NCBI GenBank assembly: GCA_964016885.1
Contig: OZ024745.1
Coordinates: forward strand, 98,952,001-99,016,000
DNA: 64,000 nucleotides
Direction: 5' to 3'
Origin: Eledone cirrhosa
Taxonomy: Eukaryota
Shown here: positions 39,364 through 50,066 of the stretch, piece by piece
Position numbering within the stretch: the stretch's first letter is position 1
Layout of the letters: each line of letters begins with the position of its first letter
The notes under the pieces: model-generated
What the model was told of the DNA's origin: nothing
Databases searched by the model: none
What the model saw: the letters and a program-made list of their open reading frames with translations, nothing else
Made by a program: the position numbers and the translations under genes

Positions 39364-41954
39364 TTCAGGGAGAATTATTCACAAGTTAATATTGAAATAC
39401 TAAAAATTGACTAGTGAAGTACTTCTCAAATCGCAAACTAAATCTTATCTGATCACCCAAAATGGGTTATGGAGATACTATTAGACTTTATACAAATGAG
39501 TCAACACTCACTCTATACTAATAGGTGAGGAATGAAAGATATTCAGAATGTAATTGAATTCAAACCATAAAAGTCTAGTTTAAACAATTTTCAGACATAA
39601 TATAAATATGAGAGAAACTAAACCAAATTCATAACTAAATGTTTACCACCATACATCAACAAAACAAATGTGTTTAATAGTTATGTACTGAGGAATTCTG
39701 AATAAAAACACCACAGATGTATAATTTTGACATGAACAACTTAAAAGTAACAGCTGGGTTACAAACAGCTTATATAACTTAATTCTAGCTAAGAAGACAT
39801 TTCTCAATTGATTTTATTATTTAGTAGAATTGTAGTATTCAGTTTCATATTCTTATGTTTCTAAGTTCAAATCCTGCTAAGATCAACTCTACCTTCCATT
39901 CTTCTCATGTCGATAAAATAAAGTACCTGTCAAGTTTTGGATCAACATAATCAACTTTTCCTTCCTCTAAAATTGCTGACCTTGTGCCAAAATTAGTCAC
40001 CATTATTTAAATATTTTTGTCTATAAAGCCGTTAAAATGAAAAAAAATCTAACCTAGTATCTTGTCTGGTAGCTTATTGAATGACATATGAATCATCTCT
40101 GTGAATATCTACATATATAAGACATGATAGCTAAACATGTTCAGAATTATCTCCCAAACTTGCTGAAATAAAAATAATATCACTTATTGACTAATACTTT
40201 TTTTTACACACTACATCAATATTTTTAGTCAACTCCTTAATACTGTCTGCATTAAATATATCAACACTAACTTGGTTTTAATAAAATATTATGTCTGAAG
40301 ACATGGTTTGTGAGAAAATCCTTTTGGTATATAATACACTACTATCAATAGGCCTTTTCCTAGCAGCTTGTGAGTTGAGAGTCAAACATTGACAGAAAGA
40401 AGCCAACATCTAAACTGAATTGTATTTCTAATAGGTCTTGGAATTAAGTGAGGTCAAGCAACACTCCAGAGAAAAGGTTAAATAGAAACAATTGAAGGAA
40501 ATGGCATAGTTAAACAATGTCAGCTTATTCCTAATTAATGTTATCTGTGAAAAGTTGGCAGCTATGGTAATTAACCTTTTATTGAATGTATACTGTATAC
40601 AAGTAAACAGCTTAACTAGAGAAAAGGAAAGAGTAAAAAATTAAATGAAGATGAAACAATAAATAATTCTAATAAAATATATTTAACAATCCATGGAAAC
40701 TAAAAGGAGGAAACAAACAAGATGACTATATAGTCGTCTTTTTTTTTTTACTCACCACAAATTTTAAAATTGTTTATCAAATAATGTAACCTAGATTTCA
40801 GCTTATTTGAAAAGTTTACTTATGTCTCTCATAACATGTGCTACATAGTAGAAATGATCAATAAATAAGATCTCAATTCAAAAACTATGCTGGATCAAAA
40901 ATATAAATATATACCTAAAAGAGCTTTCTTAACTTCTATTTTCCTTTCTAGTTTGGTTTTTATTAATATTTTATGTATATACACACATACATATATACAA
41001 TAATTATATTAATAGTTTGACTTATTCCTACATTACCAGCAGTTGCAAAATGTAAACATGTTTGGTATTTAATGAGACTGATGTGTTTACATCTTGAAAC
41101 CACTGGTAATGCAGAAATAAATCAAACTTAAGACAATAAAGTCAAAAGAGGATCAGGCAAAGAACCAAGAAACTACTGGTTCAAACCGCTATTGTAATTG
41201 GCTGAGACACTTAATTCCCAAAGCCTCACTTCTTCTAGCACTACTTAGGTTTTATAGAGTGACAAAACTGATATAAGCAGTGACAGAACTGTGATATTAA
41301 CAAGTATTTACTTGTTAATTAACAATGTTGAGTTGAACTCACTCATCATTATCATTTACTATCTGTTTTCCCTTCTAGCAAGGATTGGACGAGTCTTCAC
41401 AGATGGGCCTGGGGACCTACCTCTTGCTTATTTACATGCTCACACTCAACTGAGTGCTCAGACTGGCTGAGCGCCCATATCTCGCTTTTGAAGAGTCTTC
41501 ACAACCCTTTGCTTGGTAGATTTTCTACAGTGGGACACCCTTCCTACTACCAACCACTTTACAGGGTGTACTGGATGCATTTTCCATTGTTTGCAAAAAG
41601 GGGGCATTTTTTCACGCAATGCTTTTCGGGTCTACCAAAAAATATCACAACAATTTGCGTCTAGACTATATTGCACAATATTTAACCATCCTAAGAATTA
41701 ACACTTGGAAGTTGCCTAGAAAATACTAACCTCTAAATTCCTAATTCCTAACCTCATTTTGCTTTTTATTTTCCTGCAAGTGATAAATTAGCACTTACAA
41801 CATAGTATCGTTAATTTGACCAAATTTACCCATTCCCTTAAAATAGATTTCCTTTATAAAGCCATTAAAATGTTTGGTTGGGTCTTTGGATTAATACATC
41901 AACATTTTTCTTAAAACTAGCATTATTCTCTCTAACTTAAAAAAATAATAATAA

Positions 41955-42133
41955 TTGTGTCTAGTTTTGGCACAAGGCCAACAATTATCCAGTACATTAC
42001 TGGTACTTTATTTTATCGACCCCTTAAGGATGAAAGGCAAAGTTAACTTCAACGGGATTTGAACTCAGACCGTAAAGGGACGTAACTATGCTAGAAAGCA
42101 TGGCGTCCAACCCTCTACCGGTACTGCCAATTC
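41955..42133 (-). mobile_element. SINE family A
   Basis: Near-identical to 12220-12405 and flanked by aataataat. More diverged copies at about 12875-13058, 23838-24004, 32360-32510, 39820-40005, 44138-44210, 51770-52050, 54050-54195 and 61765-61860. Confidence 0.85.
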
Positions 42134-42534
42134 AATAATAATGAAACAGAAATGGTTCTGGATCATTTGAAGAAACCGATATGCTATCCAAAATAATGGT
42201 GATATGGTTATAATAGAGAGGAAACTAACATTACATCTCCTTTCATTTCAACTAATCAGCAGTGAAACTGAAGTAAACTGCTAGTAAAAGTAGCAGTCTA
42301 AAGAAAGGAGAGGAAAATGTTTACAGGAAATATAAAGCAACAAAACAATAGCAGCTGTATTCTAATACCATCTGTTATGAAGTAAAGAACTGTGTTTCCT
42401 TCCAATGCTTTCTATCAAATCAACAAATATATACACTAAATTGCCATTTGAAAACTGAAGCCCTACATGGTCAGCATCAAAATTAATGGGTTATCTCTTG
42501 CAAGCAACCTACTAATCAATGTTTTAACTGCTAA

Positions 42535-42698
42535 ACAAGACCAGATGAACTAGGATCAGGAAAACGGTGGGGACAAGACTAGGCAAGATAGGATTAGGAG
42601 AATGGTGAAGATGAGACGGGATCAGGAAAATGGTGGAGACAAGACCAGATGAGATGCTATCAGGAATGACGGGATCAGGAAAATGTTGAGGACAAGAC
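42535..42698. repeat. Degenerate tandem repeat (gacaagac...ggatcaggaaaatggtgg)
   Basis: About 4 imperfect units. Confidence 0.75.
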
Positions 42699-43814
42699 TA
42701 ACCGTCATCACATTGAACAGCAAAGAGTACAATAATTGTAACCAACCTATCATGTATATATATATATATATATATGGCCTCAAGGTAAGAGGTTGATCTA
42801 GAAAGAAGTGGATTAATGATATCAAGGAAATCCTAGAGGCACATAACAGGCCTTCCAACTTGCCTCAAAAGAGCTAAAAAGATAATAAAATTAGAACATA
42901 AAATGTAAAATATTTTCTATATTTGTGAGAGAGAAAATGAAGATACCAAAAGTGGCATTCTTTAAAATGGGGAAAATCTCTGTATAGAACATTCCTAATA
43001 TATCATTTCTTGGAGACATAAAAGCTATTTAATAATATAGAAATTAATATAAAATCTATAAATAAAAAAACTCCGTAATATTAATATTGATTTATGAATC
43101 AAAGTATTATATAAAACCAACATATTATCAAATTAATTTGATGTAAAGATGTATGCAAATCAGTTATTTAAATGTGTGCAGGGATAAGATCCAATGGCAA
43201 TATGTAAAAAGATCAATACTTAACAAAGAATGGTATTACAGAAGAGAAAGAATGAAAACTTAGCTAATTCAATTAGAAAAAAAAAATATTGGTACTAATC
43301 CAGCATTATTATTGAAAATAAGCCATTTTCCAGCACCAACTATATCTCTCCATTACATTTATATAATTGGATGGGAGAGAAGTCATGCAGAGCAGTGAGA
43401 ACAGCTAAAAATTCAATTGTATTATGGTATTTGTTGCACAAAAGACAAATAGTGGATATATCATATAGTTGGATTAAGGAGTAGAAATTTGGAACATAGT
43501 AGTATTTCAAACAATATATTGGGTGGCAGCAGCCTTATTGTTAACAGAGCAATGAAAAAGACAGCTATCAATTTAAATTGAAATCAAGAAACATTTCTCA
43601 TTGTGTTAAACAATAACTGGTATTTAAATAAACTTTATGAATATATGAATATAGCTATATGTTTACATGCTTGTGTCTTCATTTCATTAGTTTCCATTGA
43701 GAAACAAGTCAAAGTGCAGGTTTTTCAAATGAAATCACAAAAGAAATCTGTCAATTTTTATATGAAGTATATGTAAATGTGTGACGTCTGAATGAGTATC
43801 CTCTATCCCCAACT

Positions 43815-44110
43815 AACTTACCCTCTGCCTCTGGGTCCCAACTAACAGGATGGGGAATGCACTTCCCCGGAGGATAGTGAGGGAGATGCGCTGGAACAGC
43901 AACTCCAACTTGCGGGGCTCACACCTGCTGTGAGTAGGGATGTGGTCTGGGGACCAAGAATGCCAGAATTCTCCACTGCTTCAGGCTCTACCACAAACCT
44001 ATTAGTGCGCAGCTGATACTTGGACTGATTGCCCTCTTCAGCCTGGTGGGTAGCAGAGCCTGGCCTGGTAGCTAAATGCACCAAGTTGCCACTAGAGAAA
44101 GTGTCACATT
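43815..44110 (-). mobile_element. CRE-clade non-LTR retrotransposon RLE-domain C-terminal remnant
   Basis: CDTFSSGNLVHLATRPGSATHQAEEGNQSKYQL..RFVVEPEAVENSGILGP, then frameshifted EPRKLELLFQRISLTILRGSAFPIL. Matches the CRE-type pattern DT..S....AA..AE..K..KY..L...F.P.A.ET.G..G...LFQRIS..I.RGNA. Confidence 0.8.
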
Positions 44111-44594
44111 TTCCTTGTTTCATTATTATTTTTTATTACGAGGTCGATAAAATAAAGTGCCAGTAATGCACTGGGTAATTGCTGGCCGTGTGCCTAAAGT
44201 AGAAACAATTACTATTTTTTATTTTTACTATTGTTTCAACCATCCCTTTCATGGCTTGGATCACTGTTTTCTGCCCAATTATTAAACCAGGTCATATGAA
44301 CTAGTAACATATTACAAGTATATTACTTTTAAGTTTTTTATGCCCATCTAACCACCAAAGTACACACCAAGCAAAGCATCATAGTAATATAACAGTTAAT
44401 AACAAATTTTAAAATATATTGAATAATATAAACTGAACTTGTGCTTCTGTGCTCATTTTGCTTCAGCTAACTTCTAGATAGATTTCATGTATAACCATTT
44501 CATAGTATTCAATACAATATATATATTTCCCTAAGTTAGTTTACTTTCAAACTTTAAATGGTTCCCTAATGTATATATAACAAATATGTTCATA

Positions 44595-44672
44595 CCGGGT
44601 GCGGCAGAAAAACCTCCCATATTTTACACAGTGACTGTGCAAAATATGTGAGGTTTTATCTGCCACACCCTG
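44595..44672. mobile_element. 78-bp palindromic mariner-type MITE (MADE-like)
   Basis: TA|ccgggtgcggcagaaaaacctcccatatttt...aaaatatgtgaggttttatctgccacaccctg|TA. Confidence 0.75.
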
Positions 44673-46984
44673 TATTTTTTAGATGTTTCAATATAGAATA
44701 AGACAGAACAAATAAATATGCTTACAACTAACAAATCATGTGTGGAGGGTACATTTATTTGTTTAGCAATTATTTCTAGAAACAGAAGAATATTTTAAAC
44801 TTTCAAAACAGTTATATTGATGTAGTTTGAGAGCTGGAGTCTCTACAAACTAAATTGCTCTATTTAAATGACTGAGGAGAATTATGTTGGACAGAAAAGT
44901 TATTAAATCTAATGTCACATTAACAAAATGTCAAGCACACAAGATGTTTTTAAAAGAAAAAAGGGATTTGTCCAATAGAACATGTCAAGGGAAATAGTCC
45001 AGATTTAGCATGGTGAGGGGAATTGTTTAAATATTCAAATTTGTTAAATTAACTTATGGAAAGAGTGTATCCCATTTTAAAACTGATATCATTTCTATTG
45101 GAAAATATGTCAAACTATGAAAGGATAAGAAAAAACAAGGTGAGGTAGTTAATCTATTGTTTTATGATAGTTTCAGAGAGCAAACATATCAATGTGCAGA
45201 CTAATTGATGGTAGTTATGTAACTCCATACCATCAGCCTTGAAAATGCACATCTATTCTGCTATCTATCCTTAGAAATAATGGATCTAATTGGAAAATAT
45301 ACATTAAGTTTTGTGCACCAGCAATGGTTGTTAGCTCTTCAGGAAGAGAGTGTGACTAAAATCTGATTCCCAATTGTAGCTATTTCACCTCTGCTAAAGT
45401 TCTGAGGAAAGATAATGTTGAATGCCATATCTTCCATTTTCTAACTGCCTGAAGCTGATAGGGTTGGTCATCTACTGATTGATATCTCTAATTTCAAACA
45501 ATCAAACAAGTGACTATTTGTCACACTAGGGCTGGGATAAATAAATAAATATTTATTCTATTTGTTATGATGATGCAACATCAATTAAGAATGTTATTAT
45601 ATATGCTTGGGTGTGTAAGAACATCTGTAGTGAGAGAAAAACCAGACAGATTTCACAGCTTTCATAACAATCCATATTAACAAGCAATACCGTGCTCATC
45701 CAAAAGATGCCTACAAGTAGGAAGAAAGTGTTTTTATATATAAATTAAATTAATGATAATTTCTTAAAGCTATTGTTATAAATTGTTGAGTAACAATTAG
45801 AATGGAAACTGAAATGAGGGAAATATGACTAGAGACATTAATAGTCTTCACGATAAACAAACATTTGTTTTCACCATAAAATACTGATAGAAATAATCCA
45901 TAAATTGCTGATAAAATCCTCCATGCTATATGTGTAGTTAAATCTAGATACCATTCAGGCAGTAAAGTGTGAAATATGATGAATCAGAGAAGGAAAAGGA
46001 AAAAGAAACAAAAACAAAATGGAACATTCAATAATAAATTGTCCAAAACTAGAATTAGCAGATAAAAAAAAATTAATTCAATAACATTCTAAAATTAGAG
46101 ATCAATAGAAAATATTCTAACAATCAAACCCCCTGTTATAACAAGAGACAGAAATATGTTAAAATAATTAATTCACCCACAAAACTATGTTTTGAATAGC
46201 AGTCCTTAATATAAAGAACCTTTTATAAACTGGTAATGTGAAATCACTGAAGATTAGCTTTTTGGATTGGCTTGAGCTACATCACTGACAATAACACCTG
46301 CTATTTCATTTGGCGACTATTTTTTTAAAAAACTGTAATCAAGGCCCAGCAGAAGAAAAACAGATTTTTCTGTCATAATATAAAGACAGATATCAAAACA
46401 ACAAGATATCAAAACAAAATATACACTTGATCTAATCTCTGGTTACACTTAAATGGTGATGATGATAAGTAGAGGGTGTTATTGATGTGAGAGATAATTT
46501 TGTAGGCTGATACTAAACATATTTGTTTTATTAAAGACAAAGAGTAAGATCTATTCACTCAATCTTAGTATATTAAAGACATTTACTTACATCAACTCTG
46601 GAGAAATTGAAGCTTAACATAAATAAGATTTGAATACTGAAATAGGAATCAGCAAATAAGAGATAGCATACTCAGCTAACAATTATTGTTTAATTTTGTA
46701 ATTTAATTAGATCATATCAAATATGAATATAGCCATAGCTTCTCCTGGTTTTAGAAGAGATATATCATGTCCCCTACATGTTGTAGAGATGATTAAAAGG
46801 GTTGGCAACAGGAAAGGAATTCGGCCATGAAACACTGTCTCAGAGAACCTGCCAGCATGGTAAAGCAGACATAAAATAAAGGACAAAAAAAAAAAAAAGA
46901 ATTAGTTAAATGGTAGTATCTTACAGGATTAGATAGAGACATTTTCAAGAGTCTATCAAGAACCACCAACTTAAATCTGGCCTT

Positions 46985-47688
46985 GGGTGGTGTTATGGAT
47001 TATTCACATCCATAACGGCAAAGCATAAACGAACTAAGGGAAAAATTTGAAATAAGAGGGATCAGATGTTGTTTACTCGAGAGAAGGCTACGTTGGTATG
47101 GTCACGTAATGCGCATGAAAGACGACAGCTGTATAAAATAGTGCAGGGAAATAAAGATAGACGGTAGCCACGGAGTAGGCAGACCCAGAAAAACCTGAGA
47201 CGACCTGATAAACTCCGACCTCACACACTTACACCTCTCCAAGACAATGTCACTGGACCGAGATCTTTGGCGGCACTCAGTAATAGAGAAGACCCGCCTT
47301 ACCTAAATACAAAGTAAAACTTACTACAGTCAGTAGGCATCTCTAACAAAATACACCCCCGTCCCACCACCCCCACCACACCACCCCTTTCAATGTAAAG
47401 TTATGTTGGTGCCACAACATCCAGGCCGAAACAAATGAGATCATGTAGGTGTCACAACAAAAAAACACACAGTCCACGTAATGTGGCCGTGTAGGCAACA
47501 CGGTAAAAACCTCCCAGTCCCACACTGTAAATGTGGTTGGTGTTAGGAAGGGCATCCAGCTGTAGAAAACCCGCCAGACAGTCCTATGCGAGCAAGACAA
47601 CCACTCTTGCCTCAAGTGGGAAAACTCCCGTCCAAACCCATGCAAGCGTGGAACATGGACGTTAAACGATGATGATGATGATGATGAT
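46985..47688 (+). mobile_element. RTE LINE 3' end plus 3' UTR with (GAT)n tail
   Basis: [18 protein letters not shown]...GVGRPRKT...IEKTRLT*; inverted near-copy at 55556-56284. Confidence 0.9.
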
Positions 47689-48669
47689 AACAGTATTTTT
47701 ATCAGAGATAGTTTGACATTGCCTTTCATGAGAAGAATTGAATTCAATATCTATTTACAGTTAGTCAGTTAAATGTCCTGGTCATAGACACATTGCAGTG
47801 CTGGTTGATATCTATTCTCTTTATGCTATGTTATGTGTGCATGTGCTTGTGTGTGTGTGTTTAATAGAGAGTTGTGGGAGAAGATTTTCCACGGGAGTAA
47901 GTTTACTTTTGACCTCTGCACACCCACAGGAAGAACTGAACCCAGTATAGCAAGCACATGAAAATGCCACACTATTTAGAGGGACAGTTATTAGTACTTA
48001 TTTATAGTTTAGGTGACTGAAGAAGAGTATGGATATATGTATTTATCTATACTCAACGGGGAAGGCCATTACTTCAGTACAGAAATATGTCATCATTTAA
48101 ATAGATAAGCTCTGGCATACTGACAATTCAACATATAGGTGTTGAGATAGCAACACAAGTTAAAAAGCAAACAGATTTTTATTTGTTTACATAATGCAAT
48201 AATCTGAACTGATGGTTAATGTTTCTAGGTTAACCTTAGTAAGCTTAACTCTTTACAACCTAACTACATTTTAAAAAAGGTATTAGAAAACAATCAATAT
48301 ACTTGTATTAAGAGATGCTTGCTTACAATACCAGTAAACATGCAATCACTTTGCCTGTATTTAACCAGTTTCTGATACTCTCAAATAATTTAGTTCTCAT
48401 CCAGAGCTTCAATTACCAGACACAAATTTATGAATCACAATTCAGATGAAAAATCTCATGAATGAATTCTTTGTATATCAGTGAAAAGTCATAAATCAAT
48501 ATGAAATGAGTCAGAAATCAACACTGTAATGATTGAATTAGTTTTTAAATTTATATGCAGTCTTTCCTCAACAGTCTTTACAGCTTATTTTTAGAAAAGC
48601 AGGAATATGTATTTGTCAGACATGTTATTTGAAAACATGTTCTGGCTTAAAATAATAATAACAATAATA

Positions 48670-49412
48670 ATGATTTTCTAACATAGGCACAAGGCCAGGA
48701 ATTTTGGAGAAGGAGAAAGTTGATTTCATTGACTCAGCACTTGACTTGTACTTTAATCTGTCAACCCCGGAAAGGATGAAAGGCAAAGTTGACCTTCGCA
48801 GGATTTTAAACCAGAATGTATAGTGGTCTAACAAAATAATACAATAATCCACTGCCCTAGTAATAATAATAATTGTTTCTTATATAGGCACAAGGCCAGC
48901 AATTTTGGGGGAGGGGAAAATTGATTAAATCGACTGCAGTGCGTGACTGGTACTTTATTTTATCCACCCCGTAAGGATGAAAGGCAAAGTTAACCTCGGT
49001 GGGATTTGAACTCAGAATGGCAAGAGCCATAACTCTATGCGTCAAAGCATGGCGTCCGATCCTCTACCTATACTGCCAATTCACCGCCCCAAAGTTCACG
49101 CTCGGCAGGATTTGAACTCAGATCATAAAGGGCCGTAACTCTATGCTGCAAAGCATGACGTCCGACGCTCTACCGATACTGCCAATCCACCACCCTTCCT
49201 AGTAATAATAACAGCAATTGTTTCTACTTTTCACAATAATTCAAAAGGAAGGTGGAAAGTCTATTAAATCTACCTCTGTGCATTACTGGTACTATATTTT
49301 ATCAACCCTGTAATGATAAAAAGCTAACCTCAGCAGTATTTGAACTCAGAATGTAAAGGATTGTAAATATACCACAAGCGCATTGTTCAATGCATTACCG
49401 ATACTGCCAATT
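48670..49412 (-). mobile_element. Cluster of four same-orientation SINE family A units
   Basis: Repeated ggatttgaactcag and ctaccgatactgccaat motifs at about 48670-48857, 48870-49090, 49091-49197 and 49217-49412. Confidence 0.85.
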
Positions 49413-49428
49413 GATAATAATATTAATA

Positions 49429-50066
49429 AATGCAGATTATATGGCGTGACAGGAGAAAAACTGACTCACATAGTGCATGTAGATATTGGCACAGAAAGAG
49501 TACAAGCCAAGATATGATAATGTCGTGCAAAGTGTATGTTGGGAACTGTGTTGAAAGTTTTGGTTGGAAAGATCCTCCAAAATGGTATGAGCACAAGCCT
49601 AAGGCCATGCTGGAAAATCAAAGAGTGAAGCTTTTATGGGACTTCAACATACAATAAATGATACAATCACAGCAAGAAGGCCTGATCTGATGCTGGTAGA
49701 CAAGAAAGGAAGACATTGATTCTTGTATAGACATAGCAGTACTTGGAGATGACAAGGTGGCGGACATAGAGGATGAAAAATATCAAACTCTGAAACATGA
49801 AATAAAGTAAGTTGGGGAATTGAATAGGGAGGAGTTCATTCCAATAGTTGTTGGAACTCTCAGTGTCATGAAAAAGAGGATGTAAAATTGGATTTTAAAG
49901 ATTGGTGTTGAAATGTATATTTAGTGCTGCAAAAGACTACATTCCTGGGAACAACCAGAATTTTGAGAAAGAAACTACAGGACCTGTGATCATTTATTAT
50001 GATCTATTTCTGCAGGGTAATTTTGATGACAGAAGATCAGTCTGACTATGAAGAAGCAATGAAGTA
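49429..50066 (+). mobile_element. R4/Dong-like RLE non-LTR retrotransposon 3' remnant
   Basis: KWYEHKPKAMLENQRVKLLWDFNIQ..ARRPDLMLVDKK..DIAV..EKYQTL..IPIVVGTL (PD-(D/E)xK RLE motif) with stops; TAA-rich flanks. Confidence 0.75.

Noticed and set aside
43842-44123. 93-aa minus-strand ORF as a real DIP2 coding exon, with TAG-to-TGG editing read-through
   Set aside because: The peptide is a CRE retrotransposon C-terminus. Read-through would end in phase 2, which does not fit the phase-1 downstream exon.
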